This document shows, piece by piece, positions 6,701-14,111 of a stretch of 14,905 bases of DNA. Source of the DNA: Nitrospirota bacterium. GTDB taxonomy: Bacteria; Nitrospirota; UBA9217. A program made the translations under genes and the position numbers. Within the stretch, counting starts at the first letter, position 1; every line of letters starts with the position of its first letter. The stretch lies in NCBI GenBank assembly GCA_963749655.1, contig CAVVOB010000003.1, forward strand, positions 1 to 14,905, written 5' to 3'. A model generated the notes under the pieces. The model was given only the letters and a program-made list of their open reading frames with translations, was not told where the DNA came from and made no database searches.

Positions 6701-9700
6701 GCCTTCAGCATAGTTCTCCTGTTCCTGTCGGCCTGGTCGGCGCTATGGGACGCTTTTCGTTATTACGTGCTCAAAACGCCTGTGGCAACAATCCTTGCTG
6801 AACCTGTTATGGCGTACAACGAACTCCTGAGGAAGGCACGCGACCTCGATGCGATCAAGCCGGAATTGAGCCTGGAAGCAAAGCTCGCAACTAATACCTA
6901 CCGCACGGGAAGCGCATCTCACATCCGAACGATCTGGCCGGAAGCAATCTCCGATCATACGGAGATGTCGAAGGCCGGGCTCTGGTGGGTCTGTCCAGCC
7001 CGCGTTTACGGTTATGACGCTCCCCTCTTCGGCCGGGGAAAAGTGACGGTAAACTTCGAGAACTGCATCAAGTGTGAATCCTGCTGGAGAGCAGAACCGG
7101 ACCGCGTGTTCTGGGGAAGACATACGGATCACAAGCTGATCTATCGGCCCGAAACCGCAGCCATCATCGACCTTCTGAAAGCGCGTCGGGAACCGGTCCT
7201 GGTCGGGCAGGGAAGCGGCAAATCTCCGGTGCCGATGACTCGGGAACTTTGGTACCTGGACGAGGATAGCAGGCGCGCAGGCAAGGCCGTTCAGCAGGCG
7301 TTGGCTGCTTTTCGTGATGCAATCCAACATCTGCCGGCATCAGCTGACAAGGGCCGGCTCGGCTGGCCGCTCCTGCTCGGGAAAAGACTGGCAGAGCGGC
7401 TGAGACGGTTCGAAACAATCCTCGCGGACAGCCGCTGGCACGATCTGGCAGATACCATCAGGACGGAGAGAACCGATATCGAACTCAAACTTACTGAAAA
7501 ACGGCTCTTCCACGCTCTTTACGCCTGCAACAGGCTTGAACAGAGGCTTGCGGTTCTGGATGAAGAAAAGGACGGAGCCGTCTCCTCAGCAACTTCCCGG
7601 ACAGCCCAGAGGAAAACCGTTGAACATGCTTCAAACGACGCAGCTGCAGTCTTCCCTGATCGAACGGTCAAACAGTGGGAAGAGGATTCCATGCCTGAAC
7701 CGTGGGCAGAGACTCTCCGGACCTTCATCGCCAGTCACCAGTCCGACCCAATCGGGACGGTCCGCTCTCTCGCTTTGGTGAACCCGGCTCTCGGCCTTGT
7801 TGCCGCCCACCATTTCTGCGCAATCAACATTCTCTCTCAAGCCGGCAGAAAACTCGGGGAAGGCATCTCCGCGGTTCGTGCCGACCATCTCGACATCGAG
7901 GAAGCCGACACCGTCCGGATCAGAGGCGTACTTCCCCTCATCCCCTGCGCAGCGACCCGAATGCTGTTGCTTTTAAACCGAAGGAGGGGATACCTCGTTC
8001 CGCTGGGTTCACCCGGTGTTACCGTCACGCCTTCGCCGTCGATCGGGTTCCGAGCAGCAGGACTTTCGGAGGTTGCTCTCGACTGCACGATAAAAAAGGA
8101 TGCTGTTTCGATACGAGAAGGAGAACCGGCGCCCGCTCCTGCCTCCTACCTTGCCATCGCCCTGGGGACGACTGATTATCTCTCCGGGCGCATCAAAGAA
8201 CATGCAACCGGAAGGGTCCAATTCCCCGGCCAGATGCTGGACACCGAAGGAAGGGACGGAATTGCCAAGCTGGGAGCCGTAAAGGCCCTCATCGCGCGGA
8301 CCGAAGCCTGGCGTCTTTTACTGCAGGCGTTGTATGACTCTTATTCTGCAATCCGCGATGAACGGGCCGCGTTGGAACTCGATCTTCTCAGTTCAACTGT
8401 TGCAGCCCTTGCCTTCAGTCCGGACCCCGGCACCATCGGATACGATGCGGGCCAGGTGTTCGGCGGCTTTGCTTATTCCGAGGACGACCTTCTCTCGCGC
8501 TTCTACCGCGACAGCGCTCTATTCCGGTTCCTCCCTCCAGGGCTGGACGCATCAGTGCGCCTGCATAGGCTGCTCAGTTCGCGAAAGGCCGGTGAAACGC
8601 CGCGACTGCACACCGTAGTTACAGGAGAACCTCTGAGTAATGATTCACAGCGGCTGGCGGAGCTTCACGGCGCATGCCTCAACCTGCCGCCGGGCATTGA
8701 CAGCGCACTTGCCGGAGAAGCGCAAGCCCTCGCACTGGGGCTTCGCCTGTTTCTCTCCGCGATCGAAGAGGGGCTGAACAGCGGGCGCAGCATGGAGATG
8801 GAATCAGCTGCCCTGGCTGTGCTGCTCAAACAGCTGGAGCAGCGGCTGGCCTCGGCCCGGCTTTCCGCAGCTCGGGGGCGGGTACTGCCGACGGCATTCT
8901 TCCCCATCGAACCAGCAGAAAAGGCAGTCGTCCTGGATATGGACTACGAATTGTTCTGCGGTGCTCCCGGCGCGCCGCACGCGTCGGGCAGTTTCCTGTC
9001 AACGGCCTTTGATCGTTCTCCCCGGTTCACTCCGGAAATGCAGCTGCACGATCCCCGGTTGCGTGCTCGATGGACCGAACTGGTGGACTGGTTCAAAGGG
9101 CACTGCAAGGGCCGGAAGTTCGACGGTCTCGACATCGAACGGGCCATCGAGAAGATCCACCGTTTGCCTGACTTCGTTATCGATGCGGTCAAAAAGCACA
9201 AGTGGCTCGCGACGTACATACCGAAATCAGAGGATGGCCTGGGCTGGCACAAGGCGGAATACTATCTCCTGAACTCCGCTGCCGGCAGCTTCGGTGACGC
9301 AGGCATCAACCTCTTGATCATGGCGAGCACCAGTATCGGCACGACACCCATTCTTCTCGGTCTGGAGGAGGAACTGCCGCGCGTCCGCGAAGAGCTTGCG
9401 CCTCTTGCGGAAGATGAAAAAAAGCTTGGCGAGATCGGCGCACGACTGGGTAAAATCACCGGCACTTTGTCCAATCCCAATCCTTCCTGGATAAAAAAGG
9501 AATACGAAGCGGTCATGCAGCTCGTGGAGAAACGCATCCGCCGGACCCGCGTGGTCAAATATCTGGCAGCCAATTTCCTGCGCGCTTTCTACGGGGCGGG
9601 CATCGCCGGCCGTCGGGGGGACTTCGGAAACTTCACTTCAAACCTCAGGCATGCAGGCGATCTTTTTACCAGGCTCATGCCCGACGTGCGCGCGGCCCTC

Positions 9701-12700
9701 GACGAGCTCCCCCGTCGCGAGCGTTGTCATCGATTGTTCCTCCGCTCTCTTGGCCATGGCGGGGTGAGCGCCTTTGCCCTGACCGAGCCGACAGCGGGCT
9801 CGGATTCTGGCGGCGTCAAGACTACGGCAAAACTCCACAGCACAAAACTGACCGCGCTTTCCGACGGCAGATATGCCTTCCGCCTCAATGATCAGGACGA
9901 GACCAGTACACGTTACCTCATAGATGCGGACCGGGTCGTTTTCCAGGACCGCGGAGCCGCGTACCGAACGCCTGATGGACAGACTGCTTCCATCAGATAT
10001 GACAAATATGACTACACCACGGACCAGGGAGTGCGGTATTACGAGTTAGAGGGGAAATCCTGCGAATTCCACGATATCGGCCAGATCCGCAAAACGGACG
10101 ACGGGATGGCCTATGAATACTATGCCCTCACAGGCGCCAAGATGTGGATCACGAACGGCAGCATCGCGACCCAGTTCTGTCTCTATGCCCAGACGGCCGA
10201 AGGTGTGACCGGCTTCCTCGTGGACCGGCACAGCGAGGGTCTGAAGGTCGGCGCCGACGAAAAAAAGATGGGCCAGCGCGGATCGCCCACAAACGAAATC
10301 TCGATCGACAGCGTGCGCGTGCCGCGGGAAGCCGTGATCGGGTATGAGGGGCACGGCCAGGTAAACGCCCTCGAGACGCTGAACGTAGGACGATGCGGCC
10401 TGGCTGTGGTTTCCGGCGCCCTCATGCGCAAGCTCATGCACGAGGCAGTCGCCGCCGTTCCCGCCAAACCGGAGCGCGATGCCCTGCTCGGCGAGGCCGC
10501 TGCCATCATGTTCGGGAGCGAGTCGCTGGCCCACTATTTAATAGGCCTGTTCGACCGGCCCCATGAATCGGTGCGCATGGAATCGGCTATTGCCAAATAC
10601 GTCTGTTCCGAAGACATTCACGAACTGCTGACGCTTGTAGAGCGCGCCTTCGGCCCCGCAGGCCTGACCGAGAAGTTCCTGCTTGAGAAAGCCCGCCGCG
10701 ACAGCCGCATCCTCACCATCTATGAAGGCACGAACGAGGTCCAGCGGTTCCTGATCCTGAAAGATCTTATCGCGCTGGCCCCGAAGTGGCCGGAACTTGC
10801 TCTGCCGGAAAACGACAAGACCGGCCGCATACTCGGTGAATGGAAAAACAGACTCCGGACACATGCGCGGTCTGCAGCCGACCTCCTGGGCGACAGTGCT
10901 TGGTCGGATGCCATGCTCCAGCCCGCGCTCTTCCCGCTCGCCGAAATGGCGGGCGAGATCCTGCGGCTGGAATGTATTTACTACCGGAAGGAATGGCTTG
11001 AAGCCAGGACCGCTCTGCTCGGAGAGAGCTACACCCGTCCCCTTCTCGCCGCCGGAACGCGTGCCGCCGAGCGGGCGCTGTCGCGGCTGGCCTTCCTCGA
11101 CGCATCCTACGCATCTGCGCAGGACCTCATCAGGAACGGCCTTGACATGCCCGAGGTCGTGGTTGCAGACGCGGCTCTTGACGCGAAGGAGACCGGCAGC
11201 TCCGCGCCGGCTCCGCAAGGAGTCCTCAAGGTCCCCGTCCGCATCCTGGCAGTCATACGGCCCGTTGCCGACCTTCCTCCCCGTCCACGCCTGTTGGACG
11301 GAACGATTCAGGAGTTAGTCTGGCGCATCAATACCCGGGACCTGGCCGGACTCACCCAGGCGCTGGACCTTAAAACTGCGGGGAACGCCCCGGTACAGGT
11401 TGACGTACTCATGCCCGGTGGACCGGAGCATGATGATCTCCTGAAGATGGCCGGTCAGGCCCGTGCAGACCGTCTGCACCGGATTAACCTCGATCCTGCC
11501 GCGGCGCCCCGGGAATTGATAGCGGCAATACAAAGCTGCGAGGCCGGGCAGCCGTTCGATATTATAATCACCGGCGCCGAGTCTTCTGATGGAGAACGAG
11601 GCCTTGGGACTTTTCTTGCCGGCGCTCTCAAGTGCAGCCACTATTATCAAGACCGCCTCGAAGTCGGACCAAACGGAACCGGGTTCGGTTCTATTAAGCC
11701 GCCGGCAGTGATCAGCATCTCCGCCTCTGCCGCGGAACTGGAAACAACCATGGTCCGGACGGTGGACGCCTTTTATTCCAGCATTCGCGTGTTAGACTCA
11801 TCTCAGCAGCGCAAAGCCCTTCCGGTCAAATTTTCCCTTCCTGCCGCATTGGAGGTGAAGAAAACAGCTATCACCGGGGTACGGCAGGCGGCGGATTACC
11901 TGCGCTCCTGCGCTGCAACGACCAAGGCATCGGCTGTTCCTGACCATGTCGACGACATTCCGCGGGGGGCACTGGACGGCACCAACGCCGTATGGGCAAT
12001 CCTTGACCCGCGGGAACCCAAGTCCAATCTCGCCGTTCTCAGGGCTGCGCACCTCGCCGCCGGGCTCGTCTCGCAGGAGGTCCATGTCGCCATTCCCGCC
12101 CCCCGAAACATGTTCCCGCAACTGGTCGGTTTTGCACGGGCTCACGGAGCAAGGCGTGCATTCTGTCTGGACACGAATGACGGCAGTCTTTCGAACGATG
12201 GTCAGCGTGAACTGCTCCGGGCCATCGTGAAAGACGCCGGCACACTGATCATTGCCGGGAAGGAGTGGCAGGGATCCTTCTCGTACACTGCGGGAGAGCT
12301 GCATTCTCCGGAGGTTCGGGCGCTGGTGTGCTCCGGCGTAACGGCGCTGGAACGGGGCTCGGAGGGACTGCTTACCTTCTCGTTGCCGGCATACGAAGGA
12401 ATGCTCGTTCGGCACTGCATGTGGCAGGGGGGGTCGGCGCTGGTGACCGTGGCCGCCGAAGCAGACTTCCCCGCGGCAGGCCGTAGCAGCGAATTCAGCG
12501 CCGTTATCGCCGACCTCCCTCTCTCACCCGGCTGGGTCAGGCCCCTCAGGCAGATCGCAGCGCCGTCGCTTTCGCAGGCCGAGGTGATCATCGATCTCGG
12601 CTACGGCATCCGCGACCGCGCCGGCCTCGGGCTGGCCGAGGAATTGAAACGCACCCTGGAGAGCATGGGACTCGAACCGATGTTCGGCGCCACGCGCAAA

Positions 12701-12973
12701 GTTACCCAGGACCTGAAGCTCTTGCCGCTCGAAGCACAGATCGGCCAGACAGGCGTCCGCGTTAATCCGAAGGTCATCATCGCCCTGGGCATCTCCGGCG
12801 CTCCCCAGCACGTCGACTATATCGCGTCACGTGCGGAAATCCTGTGCTTCAACAAGGATGCCGACGCGCCGCTGATGATGCTCAACGAGGTCCGATCCGT
12901 TCCCCGGGTGCATCCGATCGCCGGCGATCTGTTCGTGACTGTTCGGGAGCTTATTGCAGAACTGAAACGATGA
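5084..12973 (+). CDS. 2629-aa multidomain fusion: FixC/ETF-QO flavoprotein + FixX-like ferredoxin + two acyl-CoA dehydrogenase domains + ETF beta + ETF alpha
   Basis: Uninterrupted ORF with RBS. Ordered motifs: VVVVGAGPAG and GGFLYTNRDSLSLG (FixC); CPARVY..NCIKCESC (FixX); RVQF and QVFGG.AY....SRFYRD (ACAD1); FALTEP.AGSD, GAKMWITNG, KKMGQRGS, IYEGTNEVQR (ACAD2); RILAVIRPV and DIIITG.ESSDG (ETF beta); GATR, QIGQTG, GISGAPQH, NKD..AP, GDLF (ETF alpha). Confidence 0.93.
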   Translation: MIQYKFDVVVVGAGPAGVAAAGSLARAGISVALLEAGVYAGAENWSGCVYFTENLAAEDCFGNESVEAAPFERRVTRRGTLLHNGLDVLGLEVRDSTLFKNCYTVLRPVYDPYFAHLARLKGAVHLTATTVTALIRKNGRVIGVETNRGPLYADMVFLAEGDASHLVRSEQLERTARPHYMQGVKAVLSLPSQEIETRFGLASGEGAAYELLVRNASIAGRTARLNVGGFLYTNRDSLSLGYVLPLANLRNNYHGDHDRLFEWLRGLPLLREFTHDAKLTAYGTKIIRSGGWNERPVLVQDGLAVGGASTGLGIDIPFPNFTGPASASGLYFARAAIALLRDGKAPDSRNLSRAYLEPLRESVYGKNARYLSRWPAYFGKSSTLFGRTIDIVCGTSHFIASGSLLNTGRFLRSHLLSFRGLRDSISDTLRAVTSLRLWKPIALSALNPATIGQWIANLAKKPALPDPELVITLKITGQDVDGRKLPWPAGSLIRRLSPALLQALKTVYANNDRPMMGKAAEAVHFLIRGLRLTDLVILPAFSIVLLFLSAWSALWDAFRYYVLKTPVATILAEPVMAYNELLRKARDLDAIKPELSLEAKLATNTYRTGSASHIRTIWPEAISDHTEMSKAGLWWVCPARVYGYDAPLFGRGKVTVNFENCIKCESCWRAEPDRVFWGRHTDHKLIYRPETAAIIDLLKARREPVLVGQGSGKSPVPMTRELWYLDEDSRRAGKAVQQALAAFRDAIQHLPASADKGRLGWPLLLGKRLAERLRRFETILADSRWHDLADTIRTERTDIELKLTEKRLFHALYACNRLEQRLAVLDEEKDGAVSSATSRTAQRKTVEHASNDAAAVFPDRTVKQWEEDSMPEPWAETLRTFIASHQSDPIGTVRSLALVNPALGLVAAHHFCAINILSQAGRKLGEGISAVRADHLDIEEADTVRIRGVLPLIPCAATRMLLLLNRRRGYLVPLGSPGVTVTPSPSIGFRAAGLSEVALDCTIKKDAVSIREGEPAPAPASYLAIALGTTDYLSGRIKEHATGRVQFPGQMLDTEGRDGIAKLGAVKALIARTEAWRLLLQALYDSYSAIRDERAALELDLLSSTVAALAFSPDPGTIGYDAGQVFGGFAYSEDDLLSRFYRDSALFRFLPPGLDASVRLHRLLSSRKAGETPRLHTVVTGEPLSNDSQRLAELHGACLNLPPGIDSALAGEAQALALGLRLFLSAIEEGLNSGRSMEMESAALAVLLKQLEQRLASARLSAARGRVLPTAFFPIEPAEKAVVLDMDYELFCGAPGAPHASGSFLSTAFDRSPRFTPEMQLHDPRLRARWTELVDWFKGHCKGRKFDGLDIERAIEKIHRLPDFVIDAVKKHKWLATYIPKSEDGLGWHKAEYYLLNSAAGSFGDAGINLLIMASTSIGTTPILLGLEEELPRVREELAPLAEDEKKLGEIGARLGKITGTLSNPNPSWIKKEYEAVMQLVEKRIRRTRVVKYLAANFLRAFYGAGIAGRRGDFGNFTSNLRHAGDLFTRLMPDVRAALDELPRRERCHRLFLRSLGHGGVSAFALTEPTAGSDSGGVKTTAKLHSTKLTALSDGRYAFRLNDQDETSTRYLIDADRVVFQDRGAAYRTPDGQTASIRYDKYDYTTDQGVRYYELEGKSCEFHDIGQIRKTDDGMAYEYYALTGAKMWITNGSIATQFCLYAQTAEGVTGFLVDRHSEGLKVGADEKKMGQRGSPTNEISIDSVRVPREAVIGYEGHGQVNALETLNVGRCGLAVVSGALMRKLMHEAVAAVPAKPERDALLGEAAAIMFGSESLAHYLIGLFDRPHESVRMESAIAKYVCSEDIHELLTLVERAFGPAGLTEKFLLEKARRDSRILTIYEGTNEVQRFLILKDLIALAPKWPELALPENDKTGRILGEWKNRLRTHARSAADLLGDSAWSDAMLQPALFPLAEMAGEILRLECIYYRKEWLEARTALLGESYTRPLLAAGTRAAERALSRLAFLDASYASAQDLIRNGLDMPEVVVADAALDAKETGSSAPAPQGVLKVPVRILAVIRPVADLPPRPRLLDGTIQELVWRINTRDLAGLTQALDLKTAGNAPVQVDVLMPGGPEHDDLLKMAGQARADRLHRINLDPAAAPRELIAAIQSCEAGQPFDIIITGAESSDGERGLGTFLAGALKCSHYYQDRLEVGPNGTGFGSIKPPAVISISASAAELETTMVRTVDAFYSSIRVLDSSQQRKALPVKFSLPAALEVKKTAITGVRQAADYLRSCAATTKASAVPDHVDDIPRGALDGTNAVWAILDPREPKSNLAVLRAAHLAAGLVSQEVHVAIPAPRNMFPQLVGFARAHGARRAFCLDTNDGSLSNDGQRELLRAIVKDAGTLIIAGKEWQGSFSYTAGELHSPEVRALVCSGVTALERGSEGLLTFSLPAYEGMLVRHCMWQGGSALVTVAAEADFPAAGRSSEFSAVIADLPLSPGWVRPLRQIAAPSLSQAEVIIDLGYGIRDRAGLGLAEELKRTLESMGLEPMFGATRKVTQDLKLLPLEAQIGQTGVRVNPKVIIALGISGAPQHVDYIASRAEILCFNKDADAPLMMLNEVRSVPRVHPIAGDLFVTVRELIAELKR
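6866..7150 (+). other. Domain of the fusion: FixX-like ferredoxin (about aa 595-689)
   Basis: LEAKLATNTY...SHI start typical of FixX. Cys637 in CPARVY and Cys661/664/667 in NCIKCESC, followed by the conserved W and IY. Confidence 0.85.
7631..8880 (+). other. Domain of the fusion: degenerate acyl-CoA dehydrogenase ACAD1 (about aa 850-1266)
   Basis: SIGFRAA, AIALG, GRVQF, AGQVFGGFAYSED..LSRFYRD are present; the TEP..GSD and IYEG motifs are absent. Confidence 0.8.
9050..11190 (+). other. Domain of the fusion: catalytic acyl-CoA dehydrogenase ACAD2 with two insertions and a VLCAD-like C-terminal helical extension (about aa 1323-2036)
   Basis: YIPKSEDGLG, SIGTTPILLG, FALTEPTAGSD, GAKMWITNG, KKMGQRGSPT, TLNVGR, ESAIAK, RDSRILTIYEGTNEVQR (Glu1881), then Q..LFPLAEMAGEI. 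Confidence 0.9.
11237..11910 (+). other. Domain of the fusion: electron transfer flavoprotein beta-like (about aa 2052-2276)
   Basis: RILAVIRPVAD, INTRDLAGLTQALDLK, ADR, FDIIITGAESSDG, FLAGAL correspond to divergent ETF-beta motifs. Confidence 0.8.
11984..12973 (+). other. Domain of the fusion: electron transfer flavoprotein alpha (about aa 2301-2629)
   Basis: Divergent N-terminal domain (HGARRAF, PAYEG), then a well-conserved FAD domain: LSQAEVII.LGYGI, GATR, QIGQTG, GISGAPQH, NKD.DAP, GDLF. Confidence 0.9.
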
Positions 12974-13112
12974 GGAGAAGAACAGAGAAGATGAAGTTTG
13001 TGCGGAAAGCGGATAAGGAGACGCAGGAAATCAGCTGCATTTTATAAAGCTTCGGGAATAAAACTTATTGCCACCGGCGGTCAAATCTCGAACGCCCTGA
13101 AAATATCCTTTT

Positions 13113-13177
13113 ATCCTTTGTGACCTCTGAGGGTGCCCTGGCATATTCCAGCAGTCCAGGGTGGAAGTCAAAGGGAT
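13113..13177. other. Imperfect long hairpin between convergent genes (possible terminator or processing stem)
   Basis: ATCCTTTgTGAC (13113-13124) pairs with GTCAAAGGGAT (13167-13177); CCCTGG (13136-13141) pairs with CCAGGG (13156-13161). No clean U-tract. Confidence 0.3.
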
Positions 13178-13203
13178 GCGAAAAGACGAAAAAGATGGTC
13201 CTG

Positions 13204-14040
13204 CTAGGGTTCCTGTTTCACGGGAATGGAGAGGATGTTTGCTGTTCCGCCGGACTTCTTGTCGATAAAATCCTTGACCGGTGAATAATCATATCGATCG
13301 AGGCTGCTCGCGATTTCCAGCGCTTCCTCTTCAGAAACATCGTCAGGCGAAATAGTCGAGAGTTCGGGGACGATGTAGGCAAAGCGGCGGTCCAGGTAGT
13401 TCGTCAATTGATTATAGAACTCGCGCTGACATCTGCCGATGAAACCGCCACCGATCAGCACCTTCCTGGCACGCGTGGCCTGAATGAAGGTGTATAGATT
13501 TACCATGTCTTCGGCAGGCAGCGTGCCGCTGCTTGACGCAGCCGACAACACGTAGTAGATCGACCGGCCGCCTGCTGTCACGGTGTTGAGATAAGACACA
13601 TAGGACCGCGGCGCTTTGCTTTCCTCGAAATAGTCGCCGGGGATCACCAGCACCATAACGGCCCCCGACGCTGCGTGGCTTCCGATCATGATCGCTTCGC
13701 TTTCGAACTGCTTTTTTTCCAGCCTGAACTTCGCAGCGTGTGTTGAATCTTTTTCCAGATCCCGAAAAAAATGAGAATAGGCGGGGTGGACGATGATAAA
13801 GATTTCTGCCTGCTCTTTTGACTTTCGTGCGGCATTTGCCGTTTCTGCGGTAAGCTTCTGGACGGAGAGCGCACCGTCGGTGGGAGGAAAGCGGTTCTGC
13901 AACTCGGGGAAATAGGTCGTGGATGGATCAACGCAAACACCGGTCTGATTCTTAAGCATTACGGCAGCAGCATATTTACCACCATTATCGTAACATGCCT
14001 GCGAGCAATAAGGCTCCCCAAAACCACCTTTAATAATCAT
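13204..14040 (-). CDS. Hypothetical protein, probably chimeric: GC-rich body (13204 to about 13929) joined in frame to an unrelated AT-rich 37-codon N-terminus
   Basis: The body reads as a globular alpha/beta protein (IFIIVHPAY, VLVIPG, VLIGGGFIGRCQ) with GC-rich codons. Only 13 of the first 37 codons end in G/C by my count, and they carry a YCSQAC motif. RBS AAGGA lies upstream of 14040. Confidence 0.7.
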   Translation of the reverse strand: MIIKGGFGEPYCSQACYDNGGKYAAAVMLKNQTGVCVDPSTTYFPELQNRFPPTDGALSVQKLTAETANAARKSKEQAEIFIIVHPAYSHFFRDLEKDSTHAAKFRLEKKQFESEAIMIGSHAASGAVMVLVIPGDYFEESKAPRSYVSYLNTVTAGGRSIYYVLSAASSSGTLPAEDMVNLYTFIQATRARKVLIGGGFIGRCQREFYNQLTNYLDRRFAYIVPELSTISPDDVSEEEALEIASSLDRYDYSPVKDFIDKKSGGTANILSIPVKQEP

Positions 14041-14111
14041 AAAAACATCCTTTTAAATAAATATTTAAACTTCTTTTAGTTATAGTAAAGAATTTTATTT
14101 GCAACTATTTT

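Noticed and set aside
9362-10117. Insertions in ACAD2 as possible inteins
   Set aside because: No C-terminal His-Asn followed by Cys/Ser/Thr, and no intein block or LAGLIDADG motifs.
5199-12811. Many short alternative-frame and antisense ORFs within the giant gene (e.g. 10538-11218, 11798-12415, 6743-7330)
   Set aside because: Expected by-products of GC-rich codon usage; none has a recognisable motif.
12991-13047. 18-codon ORF just after the fusion gene
   Set aside because: Too short, weak RBS, no motif.
13203-13215. CTAGGGTTCC resembling the start of a guanidine-I (ykkC) riboswitch
   Set aside because: It is just the antisense of the last codons of the 13204 ORF, and the 3' conserved motif is absent.
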